A DNA stretch of 64,000 nt from Gammaproteobacteria bacterium (GCA_965198875.1 CBDAPU010000001.1:1544996-1608995), one strand, 5' to 3'; shown: positions 10,427 to 20,478, counted from the stretch's first letter. Program-made: numbers and translations. Notes: a model not told the origin generated them from the sequence alone.

Positions 10427-10979
10427 GCGCAACGTATCGCAAGGCCCTGTGATCTTTAGCAGAGATCATGTATGCGTTAATTCCGGCTCATCACCGCCCC
10501 TCGAAACAGAGTAAGATTATTCGCATCGCAAACGCCGATAACATCATCTGTGGTCACGATCATTCATGGTGATGGAAGGCATCGATGCAAGATCGGACTT
10601 GGGCAGGGATACACTGACAATGTTAAAAAGGCAAGCGGGAACCCACATCGCCGAGGTATAAGAGCGAAGACAGTATTTCCCGTGATGGTATTGTATTCGT
10701 GCCATTCCCGCTCATTTTCAATAATAACAGGTTTCAGGAAGGTCATTTGATTATATTCTCAACAACATAGCCGACAGCTTGACGATAGTGATAAGGGGTC
10801 TGTAAATGGCTACAGATAACCCGGGAGAGCGAGCGTTTAGCGGCTGTTAGCTGTGGCTTATTTGTAGCTACGGGCAATCTCAGTGCACACCAGATAGTAG
10901 TTTCCTCACGTCCGGCACGGCATGAAGGTGGATACCAGCAATACCCGTCCGCCGCTGGCATGGCGGTCATTTAACGTCT

Positions 10980-11064
10980 TGGTGCGGATGGTGAGAATCG
11001 AACTCACACTCCCGAGGGAACGGGTTTTTGAGACCCGCGCGTCTACCAATTCCGCCACACCCGC
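10980..11064 (-). tRNA. tRNA-Leu (anticodon CAA)
   Basis: The reverse complement reads GCGGGTG-TG-GCGGAATTGGTAGACGC-GCGGGTCTCAAAAACCCG-[long variable arm]-GTGAGTTCGATTCTCAC-CATCCGC-A-CCA. This gives a 7-bp acceptor stem, anticodon loop CU-CAA-AA, a class-II long variable arm, a GTTCGATTC T-loop and an encoded CCA. It closely parallels E. coli leuX. Confidence 0.8.
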
Positions 11065-11237
11065 ACGGGTTAAATTATAACGGCTTTGCCCAGGGCCGGA
11101 TCCGTTTTTTCCTGCCCGTCTTCTTAACCGCCTTGATCATTTTTATCGCCCCCGGCGTCTGCCGTATTATCCATCAAGCGCTTCCTGATCGGCATATCTA
11201 TCGCCTCGATCATCTCCGTTGGGTCGCAATCACGCGG

Positions 11238-11405
11238 TCATTGGATCGCCACCATCTCAAAATCTTCCTTTCTGGCGCCGCATTCCGGGCACATCCAGTT
11301 AAGCGGCACATCTTCCCACTTTGTGCCAGGTTCAATACCATCATCCGGCCAGCCTTTCTCTTCCTCATAGATATAGCCACAAATAACGCACAGGTATTTT
11401 TTCAT
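11238..11405 (-). CDS. rubredoxin (55 aa; missing from the ORF track because it is under 60 aa)
   Basis: Hand translation gives [55 protein letters not shown] with both CxxCG knuckles (CVICG, CPECG) and conserved aromatic residues. Codon-by-codon verified; stop TGA at 11238-11240. Confidence 0.8.
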   Translation of the reverse strand: MKKYLCVICGYIYEEEKGWPDDGIEPGTKWEDVPLNWMCPECGARKEDFEMVAIQ

Positions 11406-11464
11406 GATGGTTAGCCCTTAAATCTTCTTGGTCGCCTCGGCTGTGAGTCGCTACAATATGCCCC

Positions 11465-12256
11465 ATGAGAGAGGCCGCAAAACCGGTTGTGCTGGCTTTA
11501 TCAGGCCATGATCCATCGGCCGGCGCAGGATTACAAGCCGATATTGAGGCCCTCGGCAGCACCGGGTGTCAGTGTGTTTCCGTGATCACCTCACTCACCA
11601 CGCAAAATACCGCACGCCTCACGGCTATCCAGCCGCAGCCGCCAGAGCAGTTTGCAGCGCAGTTACATCTGCTCACGGAAGACATCCGGGTGGATGTCTG
11701 CAAAATCGGCTTGATCGGCAGTGTTGAACTCGCCGAGGTGATTGCGGATTATCTCTCCACCAGCGGCCTGCCCACAGTGCTGGACCCGATTATTTATGCG
11801 GGCACAGGTGATAAAATAACCGGCGCAGATCTGCTTCAGAGCATCATCACAAACCTGCTGCCACATACCGCCATCATCACCCCCAACCTCAGGGAGGCGT
11901 TCAGTTTGACCGGCTGTGATGAGGCCGCCGACGCATTACCGGCATTATTAAAAATGGGCTGTGATGCGGCGCTGCTGACCAATGCGGATGCAGTGCAGAA
12001 AGAGGTGATCAACACCTTCATGGACTCCCGCGCCAGCATAGTCCGCTACCGATGGGAGCGCTTGCCGGGCACATATCACGGCTCAGGGTGTACCCTGTCG
12101 GCGGCCATCGCAGGCTATCTGGCCCGGGGTGATGGGATCCAGTCAGCCGTTGAGCAGGCCCAGGAATACACCTGGCGAACCCTCAGCAGGGCGAGAAAGA
12201 TCGGCCGCTCACAACTACACCCCGAACGTCTCTTTAATCTCGAAAATGAAAAATAA
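11465..12256 (+). CDS. thiD: hydroxymethylpyrimidine/phosphomethylpyrimidine kinase
   Basis: VVLALSGHDPSAGAGLQADIEALGSTG... PfkB-like fold with ThiD N-terminal signature. 263 aa. Confidence 0.85.
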   Translation: MREAAKPVVLALSGHDPSAGAGLQADIEALGSTGCQCVSVITSLTTQNTARLTAIQPQPPEQFAAQLHLLTEDIRVDVCKIGLIGSVELAEVIADYLSTSGLPTVLDPIIYAGTGDKITGADLLQSIITNLLPHTAIITPNLREAFSLTGCDEAADALPALLKMGCDAALLTNADAVQKEVINTFMDSRASIVRYRWERLPGTYHGSGCTLSAAIAGYLARGDGIQSAVEQAQEYTWRTLSRARKIGRSQLHPERLFNLENEK

Positions 12257-12884
12257 CCCGCTCCCCGGCAAAGGGCTCTATGCGATCACCGATTGTGCGA
12301 ACCTGGACACGGACACATTGCTCGAAAGAACGGAGCGCATCCTAAAAGCCGGGATCAGCATGTTGCAATATCGGGACAAATCAGGGGATAGGCGAAAGCG
12401 CGCCTATGAGGCCCGGGCCCTGGCCCGGCTTTGCAGGGAACACGGCTGTCCGTTTTTGATCAACGATGATATTACGCTGGCGAAAAACCTGCCGGGTGAT
12501 GGCGTGCATTTAGGGGCCGATGATGGCGGTTGTCGCCTTGCAAGGCAAGCGCTGGGGGCGGATGCGATCATCGGACTATCCTGTTATAACGACCTTGCCC
12601 TCGCCATATGCGCCGAGCAAGAGGGCGCCGACTATGTCGCCTTCGGCGCCTTCTACCAGACGAGAACAAAACCGGGCGCCACCAGGGCGGCCCCGGAGAT
12701 CATCTCCGAGGCGAAACACAGCCTGTCAATCCCGGTTATCGCCATCGGTGGCCTCACACCGGAGAATTGCCAGCCACTACTCTCCCGGGGGGCGGACATG
12801 CTCGCCGTTGCCCGTAGCCTCTACCAGAGCACAGACCCCCATGCCGTTGTGGGAGACTTCAATCGGCTACTACACCAACACTAA
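12246..12884 (+). CDS. thiE: thiamine-phosphate synthase
   Basis: GLYAITD...LQYRDKS...FLINDD...GVHLGADD...IGLSCY... motifs. Start ATG at 12246 overlaps the thiD stop. The longest ORF from 12129 adds an unlikely 39-aa extension. Confidence 0.85.
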   Translation: MKNNPLPGKGLYAITDCANLDTDTLLERTERILKAGISMLQYRDKSGDRRKRAYEARALARLCREHGCPFLINDDITLAKNLPGDGVHLGADDGGCRLARQALGADAIIGLSCYNDLALAICAEQEGADYVAFGAFYQTRTKPGATRAAPEIISEAKHSLSIPVIAIGGLTPENCQPLLSRGADMLAVARSLYQSTDPHAVVGDFNRLLHQH

Positions 12885-12893
12885 CTGACGACA

Positions 12894-14168
12894 ATGAATG
12901 ACCGACTTTTCGAAGAGGCGAAACGCTATATTCCAGGCGGCGTTAACTCCCCCGTGCGTGCCTTCAGGGCCGTTGGCGGCACGCCGGTTTTTTTTCAGCG
13001 GGGCAGCGGCGCCTACCTTTATGATCATAACGATAAGCCCTACATAGACTATGTGGGCTCATGGGGGCCGTTGATCCTCGGCCATGCGCACCCGCTCATC
13101 GTTGAGAAGGTGACCCGGGTGATGGCGAACGGCCTCACTTTCGGTGCGCCCACAAGTCTGGAGACGGCTCTGGCCAGGAAGATCTGCGAACTCATGCCGA
13201 GCATTGAGAAGATCAGGATGATGAGCTCGGGAACCGAAGCCGCCATGACGGCGATCAGGCTGGCCCGTGCTTATACCGCTCGAGATAAGATCGTAAAATT
13301 CGAGGGCTGCTATCATGGCCACACCGACCCCCTGCTGGTGAAGGCCGGCTCCGGCGCCCTGACCTTAGGCATTCCCACCTCGCCGGGGGTGCCGAAGGAC
13401 ACCGCAAAACACACGCTCACACTGGCCTTTAACGACCCATCTCAAATACGCCGGGTATTCAGCGACATGGGCGATGAGATCGCCGCCGTCATTGTCGAGC
13501 CTGTTGCCGGCAACATGAATTGCGTGCCCGGCTCACCGGCGTTTCTCCAGGCCCTGCGGGCGGTGTGCGATGAACACCGGGCGCTCCTCATCTTCGATGA
13601 GGTCATGAGTGGCTTTCGTGTTGCCCTGGGCGGGGCGCAATCGCTCTACAGCATAAAACCCGATCTGTCCATATTGGGCAAAGTCATCGGCGGTGGTATG
13701 CCCGTGGGCGCATTGGGCGGCAGAGAAGAGATCATGAACCACCTCGCCCCCGATGGCGCCGTCTACCAGGCCGGCACATTATCCGGCAACCCCATTGCCA
13801 TGGCGGCCGGCCTCGCCACCTTAAACCTCATCTCCGAGCCCGGTTTTTTCGACGCCTTATCCCATAAGCTCACCAGCCTGCTCGATGGCCTGAAAGATAC
13901 CGCCCGCTCCTGTGGCCTCCCCCTGTCAAGCAATCAGGCCGGCGGCATGTTCGGCTTGTTTCTCTCAAGCGCAGGGCCTGTCACAACCTATGAGCAGGTC
14001 ATGGCATGCGATAAAGACCGCTTTAACCGATTCTTCCACGGCATGCTGGACAGGGGCGTTTACTTTGCGCCATCGGCATTTGAGGCCGGCTTCATCTCCA
14101 GTGCCCACGGCGAGGATGAAATCGCCACCACCATCGAGGCCGCCGAGGCGGTATTCAAACAGCTTTAA
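12894..14168 (+). CDS. hemL: glutamate-1-semialdehyde 2,1-aminomutase
   Basis: [19 protein letters not shown]...[11 protein letters not shown] and the PLP-lysine region. 424 aa. thiD-thiE-hemL order as in Pseudomonas. Confidence 0.9.
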   Translation: MNDRLFEEAKRYIPGGVNSPVRAFRAVGGTPVFFQRGSGAYLYDHNDKPYIDYVGSWGPLILGHAHPLIVEKVTRVMANGLTFGAPTSLETALARKICELMPSIEKIRMMSSGTEAAMTAIRLARAYTARDKIVKFEGCYHGHTDPLLVKAGSGALTLGIPTSPGVPKDTAKHTLTLAFNDPSQIRRVFSDMGDEIAAVIVEPVAGNMNCVPGSPAFLQALRAVCDEHRALLIFDEVMSGFRVALGGAQSLYSIKPDLSILGKVIGGGMPVGALGGREEIMNHLAPDGAVYQAGTLSGNPIAMAAGLATLNLISEPGFFDALSHKLTSLLDGLKDTARSCGLPLSSNQAGGMFGLFLSSAGPVTTYEQVMACDKDRFNRFFHGMLDRGVYFAPSAFEAGFISSAHGEDEIATTIEAAEAVFKQL

Positions 14169-14576
14169 CCAACTTATGCCTGGCATGGTAAAGTATCAAC
14201 CGCCAGTGCAAACGAGGGGAGACAACAACACATCCACCTTTGTTGACGGGCGGGCACGCACGCCCCCCGGCCCACCGCAATCTCGCCGCCCCCTGCACGT
14301 CAGGCGCAAACAGCATGATCCTGATCCCCACAGCCCCTGGCGCAACACCTCCCGGCATCGAAAATCCGTCACTCATCTTTGGCATTCACGCAGACTTTTC
14401 CCTATAATCCCACCCGGGCACAAGCCCCAAAAAAGCAGACCAACCCACAACAAGGCGCAACAACACCGGGAGCACCACACAGATGAACATCGGCATCGGC
14501 GACAAGGGTAAAATCCTGACAATCCTGAAAACACTATTTAAATCAATAACTTAACAAACCCAAACCGGTCGATAAC

Positions 14577-15575
14577 GTGCAGATAGCCGCCGAGCTCTCC
14601 CGCACCTATGGGGGTGAGATAACGCCACTGAATGCCGACGGCGACGCCCCGGGGGACGTGAACGCGTATCTCTTTGTCGACCCCACCGGCCCGGCCGCCC
14701 AGGCGGCCTCAGTGGGGGCGCTGTTGCCGGGTCTGCTGGCCGGTGGAAGCGACCCCCTCATCTGGGGCGAGCTCTTCGCCTCTGACCGCCGCCGTGGACG
14801 GGATGGCTTCTCATTAGCCCACGGCCATGACTACCGGGGCGTACTCTTCGGCGCCGAGCAGGGCTATGCAAACGGACAACAGCGCTTAGGTGTACTCTTT
14901 GGCTATGCGGACGCCGACATCAACACCCACCTGCGCTCCCTGGACCTCGAGACCGGCAGCGTCTTTGGCGGGCTCTATGGTCGTATCTCAAAGGAGAGCC
15001 TGGATATCAACCTGGGACTGAATCTGGGCTATGAGTTCCATGATAACCGCCGTTATATCCCGCAACTGGATACGGAGGCCGAGGCCGACTACAACAGCTT
15101 CTTCATCAACCCCTGGCTGGGTCTCAGTCGCACCTGGTCCTTGCAGGATAATCTGGAGCTGCGCCCGGCCTTCCTGCTGAACTACACCTTCGCCCGTTAT
15201 GAGGGCTATGAAGAGCGAGGGGGCGAGGGCTTCGCCATTGACGTGGGCAGTCGCATCGCCCACAACCTCACCACCCGGGCGCAGGTGGCCGGGGTGTGGA
15301 CACTGCCGGATACGAGCAATGAGCTGGGACTGCGCTTAGGTGTTGAAGGACGCCTCGCCGGTGGCGGTGACTTCAAGGGGAGTCTCGGTGGGTCGAGCTT
15401 CAGTTACAGTGACACGGGCGATAAGCGTGCGACCAGCGTCTTTATCGGCCTGGACGGTCGCCATGCCTTCAGTGATGACCTGACCCTGCAGGTGGATGTG
15501 GAATACAGCCACGACCTCGGCGGGGTGAGTGAGCGTACTCTCGGTGGCTTTGTGCGCTTGGAGTATGAGTACTGA
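14577..15575 (+). CDS. autotransporter-type outer-membrane beta-barrel (translocator) domain with no signal peptide or passenger; probable truncated remnant
   Basis: 332 aa rich in alternating aromatic/Gly residues (ADYNSFFINPWLGLSRTW..., ...GGFVRLEYEY*). GTG start. No signal peptide. The 400-bp upstream region is non-coding. Confidence 0.4.
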   Translation: MQIAAELSRTYGGEITPLNADGDAPGDVNAYLFVDPTGPAAQAASVGALLPGLLAGGSDPLIWGELFASDRRRGRDGFSLAHGHDYRGVLFGAEQGYANGQQRLGVLFGYADADINTHLRSLDLETGSVFGGLYGRISKESLDINLGLNLGYEFHDNRRYIPQLDTEAEADYNSFFINPWLGLSRTWSLQDNLELRPAFLLNYTFARYEGYEERGGEGFAIDVGSRIAHNLTTRAQVAGVWTLPDTSNELGLRLGVEGRLAGGGDFKGSLGGSSFSYSDTGDKRATSVFIGLDGRHAFSDDLTLQVDVEYSHDLGGVSERTLGGFVRLEYEY

Positions 15576-15753
15576 GGGGTAATGGGCATGATGAGAAAGT
15601 AGATGGGTAGAAAATAGATAATTAGATGAATGGATAACCGGGGGCGGGGAAGACTGCCCTCGGTTATCTGTCTTCCGATCTCCGCCCTCTTTTTTTTAGT
15701 TCTCTGTTCTCCGGCTGATGTACATCACCATTCGAACGCTGTAGTATTCATCC

Positions 15754-15984
15754 ATGAGCACGACCGCCTTAATGATCGCCATTCTCGGCACGGGTGTTTC
15801 CCTGGCGGGTTTGATGATTGGGCTTATCGCCTGGCTGAGGGTGGATATGCGGCGTGTGGAAGAGCGCTTGAGCGAAGACATCAGTGTTTTACACAAGGAT
15901 GTGAGTGATTTGCGCGAGCGTATGGCACACCTGGAAGGTCTTCTTGAGGGGCTGCGTGAGGCGATTGTAAGGCGTGCCGCCTAG
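15754..15984 (+). CDS. small single-TM protein with a C-terminal coiled-coil (hypothetical)
   Basis: 76 aa: hydrophobic helix (ALMIAILGTGVSLAGLMIGLIAWL) followed by a heptad-like charged segment (RERMAHLEGLLEGLREAI). No family recognised. Confidence 0.3.
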   Translation: MSTTALMIAILGTGVSLAGLMIGLIAWLRVDMRRVEERLSEDISVLHKDVSDLRERMAHLEGLLEGLREAIVRRAA

Positions 15985-16428
15985 GCGGATGCGCTGGAAC
16001 AGGGCACTGACTACTAGCACCCTGTGAGCGGCCAGGGAGTAGAAAATAGCCGCCACCGAGCGGTGTTCTTTCTGGCTGTCCTTTTTCCTCTGCGCCCTTC
16101 TCCTGACATCTGCCTTCGACACGGGGCAGTATCACCAGCCAGGCTTTGTCCGCTGTGCCCGTTGAGGGACAGAAAGAAGCCCGTCTTGCTGTTTGGGCGG
16201 TGGCTTTCATATTTAGGCGATGGTGGATTGTGGGTAAGTGCCTGCCCTGCAAATAGGATTGCGGGTTTAATGGGAGATACAATCCATTTCGGCTCTCCGT
16301 CCCCTTCCCTGCGTCTTCTGTCTTCCCTCCTCGGTTAGGTATATCATTGTTCTATCATCTGCCATCCCGGGCGCTTCGCTGCGCCGGGATAAAGAGACGG
16401 ACTGCGAAAATAACAAAACAACACGCCC

Positions 16429-16950
16429 ATGCTGAAGATAATCGAAACCATAGCCGATAAAATCAACCGCTTTAGTGAGGCGGTGGGTGCGGCACTGTCC
16501 TGGCTGGTCTTGGTCCTGGTTTTACTCGTCTCATATGATGTGACGATGCGATACTTCTTCCTTAGCGGCTCTATTGCCATACAGGAGCTTCAATGGCATT
16601 TATTTTCCATGATTTTTTTGTTGGGCGCCGCCTACACACTCAAACATGACGGCCATGTCAGACTGGATCTGTTTTACAAAAGCCGGTTTATGACCGATCA
16701 CCACCGTGCCTGGGTTGATCTGATCTGCTCGATACTTTTTCTTCTGCCCTTCTGCCTGTTGATCATGATCAGCGCCTGGCCTTTCGTCTCTCAGGCGTAT
16801 TTGTTTTCCGAAGGCTCCCCTGATCCGGGCGGCCTGCCCCATCGCTGGATATTAAAAGCGGCGATACCCGCAGGCTTTTTTTTACTAGTCCTGCAAGGGA
16901 TCAGCGAAGGCTTGAAAAACCTGCTCTTCATCATTAAGCGGCAACAATGA
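16429..16950 (+). CDS. dctQ: TRAP transporter small permease subunit (DctQ family)
   Basis: 173 aa, 4 TM helices, N-terminal ...INRFSEAVGAALSWLVLVLVLLVSYDVTMRYFF typical of DctQ. Overlaps dctM by 4 bp. Confidence 0.8.
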   Translation: MLKIIETIADKINRFSEAVGAALSWLVLVLVLLVSYDVTMRYFFLSGSIAIQELQWHLFSMIFLLGAAYTLKHDGHVRLDLFYKSRFMTDHHRAWVDLICSILFLLPFCLLIMISAWPFVSQAYLFSEGSPDPGGLPHRWILKAAIPAGFFLLVLQGISEGLKNLLFIIKRQQ

Positions 16951-18260
16951 CTGTCTGGATAGCGCTCATGTTCCTGAGCCTGATGTTGGCGCTCATGCTT
17001 GGCTATCCCGTCGCCTTCACACTGGGTGCGGTTGCCTTGATATTCGGTAGTATCTTCCTGGGTCTGGATTTTTTTAATTTACTGCCATTGAGGATCTGGG
17101 GGGTGATGACAAATTTCACCCTGTTGGCCGTTCCTCTTTTTATCTTTATGGGTATCGTGTTGGATAAATGCGGTTTGGCCGAAGATCTGCTAGAGACCAT
17201 GGGGTTGTTGTTTGGCCGTATTCGAGGTGGTTTGGCCATGTCCGTTGTCATCGTCGGCGCCCTGCTCGCCGCCACTACCGGTGTGGTAGGCGCCACAGTC
17301 GTCACCATGGGGATCATCGCCCTGCCCACCATGTTGAAACATCACTACGCCAAAGAACTCTCATCTGCAACCATTGCGGCATCGGGAACACTAGGACAGA
17401 TCATCCCGCCGAGCATCGTCCTGATCCTGCTGGGTGATGTGATGGGGGTGCCGGTAGGGCGGTTATTTATCGGCGCCGTTGTCCCGGGCATGTTGCTGGT
17501 TGTGCTGTTTCTCGCCTATATCGGCATTTACGCCTGGATTAAGCCGCAAACTGCGCCGGCGCTGCTGGCGAAAGATGATAGACAATTATTCCGTAAAGTG
17601 TGTTTGACGTTGCTGCCGCCGTTGTTTCTGGTTGTCGGTGTGTTAGGTTCCATCTTCTTTGGCATCGCATCACCCACTGAATCGGCCGCCGTTGGCGCTT
17701 CAGGCGCACTGATCCTGGCCGCACTGCATGGTCAGCTTGGCCTTGAAAAATTACGCTCAGCCATGGCGTTGACGACCCGGCTGACGAGCATGGTCTTTTT
17801 AATCCTGATCGGGGCGACTGCATTTGGGCTGGTATTTAGGGGCATGGGTGGCGATCGCCTGGTACTGGACGTCATGATCAACCTGCCCGGTGGTACTTTG
17901 GGTTTTCTTATCGTCAGCATGTTGCTGATATTTTTACTTGGCTTCTTCTTGGATTTCCTGCAGATCTGTTTTATCGTTGTGCCCATACTGGCGCCCATCG
18001 CCGCCACCCTCGGCATAGACCTGTTATGGCTCGCCGTACTCATAGCCATGAACCTGCAAACATCATTCCTGACGCCGCCCTTTGGCTTCTCTTTATTTTA
18101 CCTAAAAGCGGTGGCGCCGGCAGATGTTCACATACAACACATCTACAAGGGCGTTATTCCGTTCGTCTTAATACAGATCGTGACGATTATCCTGCTCATC
18201 CTGGCGCCGGATCTGATCACATGGCTACCGGATCTGATGGATAGATTGCAGGGGTTGTGA
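16947..18260 (+). CDS. dctM: TRAP transporter large permease subunit (DctM family)
   Basis: 437 aa polytopic membrane protein with the DctM block GIIALPTMLKHHY...SGTLGQIIPPSIVLIL. Confidence 0.85.
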   Translation: MTVWIALMFLSLMLALMLGYPVAFTLGAVALIFGSIFLGLDFFNLLPLRIWGVMTNFTLLAVPLFIFMGIVLDKCGLAEDLLETMGLLFGRIRGGLAMSVVIVGALLAATTGVVGATVVTMGIIALPTMLKHHYAKELSSATIAASGTLGQIIPPSIVLILLGDVMGVPVGRLFIGAVVPGMLLVVLFLAYIGIYAWIKPQTAPALLAKDDRQLFRKVCLTLLPPLFLVVGVLGSIFFGIASPTESAAVGASGALILAALHGQLGLEKLRSAMALTTRLTSMVFLILIGATAFGLVFRGMGGDRLVLDVMINLPGGTLGFLIVSMLLIFLLGFFLDFLQICFIVVPILAPIAATLGIDLLWLAVLIAMNLQTSFLTPPFGFSLFYLKAVAPADVHIQHIYKGVIPFVLIQIVTIILLILAPDLITWLPDLMDRLQGL

Positions 18261-18391
18261 TGGTACAGCAGCGCTGATCAAGTCATCCATGAACCTGGCT
18301 TGAGGCGAGCACACTAAAAAAGCGTGTCCGGTTTTTGTCGGTGGCGTCCTCGATATGACCGCGTGCATCTGGTCTTTAAGGATCCGTCGGG

Positions 18392-19246
18392 TCAATCGGC
18401 GTTTCCTTGTTTTTCTCTCAGTTGTGCAATCACCGGCCTGGTCTCAGGCATGATCCCGCGCCATAGATAAAACGACTCGGCCGCCTGCTCCACCAACATG
18501 CCGAGGCCATCACAACACATCAGCGCATTGTTCTTCCGAGCCCAATCAAGGAACAGGCGTGCGCCTTCGCCATAGCTCATGTCATAGCAGCAACCATCAG
18601 TGGATAATATGCCGTCCGGCAACGGCAGCGGCTCCGCCCTCAATCCGGCGGAAGTGCCATTGATGATCAGATCGAATTGGTTAGCGGGCAGCTCATCGAA
18701 ACCACACACATGAGCACTTGCTTGCGGGAATGCTGCGGCCACCGCCTGGGCTCTCTCCCGGGTGCGATTGACAATGGTCATCGCTCGCGGGCGCTCATCC
18801 ATGAGATGACCGAGCACGCTTCTCACCGCACCACCGGCGCCAAGCAGTAATAATCGCTTATTACGGATGTCGATATGGTTGTTAGCCAGATCCCGTACCA
18901 GCCCGACGCCGTCTGTGGAGTCCCCGAAGCCCCGCTCATCTTCATCAAAGCTGATCACATTCACCGCCTTCACACGGTTTGCCCGATCAGTGCAGTCGTT
19001 CACATAACGCCAGGCCTGCTCCTTAAACGGCGTGGTGACATTCAAACCCCTGCCACCTGACAGACGGAACCCCTCTACCGTATCGCAAAATGCATCAAGC
19101 TCTGAGAACAAGCGCTGATAGTTCAGCGACTGGGCAGTCTGCTTTGAGAATAAGGCATGAATCTGCGGCGACTTGCTGTGGGCGATGGGATTGCCTATGA
19201 CGCAATACTGATCGGTGTTGTTATCGGGGCTAAGCGAAAATGGCAA
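18392..19246 (-). CDS. aroE: shikimate dehydrogenase
   Basis: GNPIAHSKSPQIHALFSKQT... N-terminal substrate-binding signature and an NADP Rossmann motif (LLLLGAGGAVRSV). Confidence 0.85.
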   Translation of the reverse strand: MPFSLSPDNNTDQYCVIGNPIAHSKSPQIHALFSKQTAQSLNYQRLFSELDAFCDTVEGFRLSGGRGLNVTTPFKEQAWRYVNDCTDRANRVKAVNVISFDEDERGFGDSTDGVGLVRDLANNHIDIRNKRLLLLGAGGAVRSVLGHLMDERPRAMTIVNRTRERAQAVAAAFPQASAHVCGFDELPANQFDLIINGTSAGLRAEPLPLPDGILSTDGCCYDMSYGEGARLFLDWARKNNALMCCDGLGMLVEQAAESFYLWRGIMPETRPVIAQLREKQGNAD

Positions 19247-19265
19247 TGTCAGTTACGGGGTTAAA

Positions 19266-20315
19266 TCAGCCCCGTGCATTTAAGCCGCCTTTAAGACAGG
19301 CAGCCTGAATGCCACGCTCACTGAGCAGGAATGCGGCCGCCGAGCTACGCCTGCCTGTATCACAATAGAGCACGTACTGTTTTGCCGGGTCCAGTTTCTC
19401 CGCTTTCAGCCTGAGCATAAACAACGGGATGTTGATGCTGCCTTTTATGCCATTATTCTTATGCTCACTCACCAGGCGAACATCCACCCACACAGCGCCC
19501 TTGCTTACCATGTCATTGGCCTCATCACTGCTCACCCAGCTCAGCATGGGCTCTTTGAGCAGTTCGTTAAAGTCCCCTTTGGACAAGCGCATCAATACCC
19601 CGTCCGTCAACATCACCACATTGGCGTTTCTTTTCGCCTCGGATAACAGCGCCTCTTCACCGAATGCATCACCATTGCCAAGCGTGGCCAACGTTAATTG
19701 GGCTTTTGTCTTGGATAAGCGCGTGACCTTGCATTTACCGGACTTGATGATGTAATAATAATCACCATCACCACCCTGCTTGATAATCACCTCACCTTTT
19801 TTTACCGGGCATTCCTGGATCCGCATGAACATGGCCTGGATATTTGCCGGGGGCACTTGCAAGAATGCCTTGGACTGAAGAATACGGGTCATCCAGTCGG
19901 TATCCGCATCGGCCTCTTCGGCATTTTCCTGCGCTACTATCTCATCTACCTCAATGCCGGATAGCTGATCCCAGGTCAGCAGTATATCCAGCAGATCACT
20001 GTCGATGCGGGTGATCTTCGTCGGCGTCTTGGTTGTTGCCGTATGTTGGCGAGGTTGATGATTGGCTAACGGGTGTTTGGCGATATCCGTACCGGCTTGA
20101 ACCGTGAGCGTTTTACCGCTACCGGCAACGAGTTGAACCTCACCTTCAATGAGGTAGACGGACTTGCGATCCACATCGCCCGTCTTAAATATCGCCTTAC
20201 CCTGACCCAGCGCCTCCACGATAGTCTTGCCGGCCAATTCCTGGAAGTTCTCCGTATTCAGGGAGTTCGGTGGTATGAATGTTCTTAACAGGTCTTTATC
20301 AACGAGATCAGCCAT
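19266..20315 (-). CDS. tandem cyclic-nucleotide-binding (CAP-like) domains fused to a C-terminal rhodanese domain
   Basis: Two cNMP-binding modules (GDVDRKSVYLIEGEV...; GEVIIKQGGDGDYYYIIKSG...FGEEALL...). C-terminal rhodanese fold with catalytic Cys (YVLYCDTGRRSSAAA). Confidence 0.7.
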   Translation of the reverse strand: MADLVDKDLLRTFIPPNSLNTENFQELAGKTIVEALGQGKAIFKTGDVDRKSVYLIEGEVQLVAGSGKTLTVQAGTDIAKHPLANHQPRQHTATTKTPTKITRIDSDLLDILLTWDQLSGIEVDEIVAQENAEEADADTDWMTRILQSKAFLQVPPANIQAMFMRIQECPVKKGEVIIKQGGDGDYYYIIKSGKCKVTRLSKTKAQLTLATLGNGDAFGEEALLSEAKRNANVVMLTDGVLMRLSKGDFNELLKEPMLSWVSSDEANDMVSKGAVWVDVRLVSEHKNNGIKGSINIPLFMLRLKAEKLDPAKQYVLYCDTGRRSSAAAFLLSERGIQAACLKGGLNARG

Positions 20316-20478
20316 GTCTGTTTGCCCTCAAATCTGCCTTTACATTGTTCATCTCAAGTGTGCAATTCTAAGCGGTGTTCAGGAAGATTGGAACAGGAAT
20401 TGATCCGTTGTGCATCCGCCATAAACGCAAAGCGGGCGCTATGCGCCCGCCAAAGTGGATATGAGCCGTTGATTTCGC

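Noticed and set aside
11028-11414. 128-aa plus-strand ORF overlapping the tRNA-Leu and rubredoxin loci
   Set aside because: It overlaps a confidently folded tRNA and the antisense of the rubredoxin gene. The translation has no protein-like composition.
11406-11464. TPP riboswitch in front of thiD
   Set aside because: The leader is only ~60 bp. It lacks the CTGAGA / ACCTGATCTGGATAATGCCAGCG hallmark elements.
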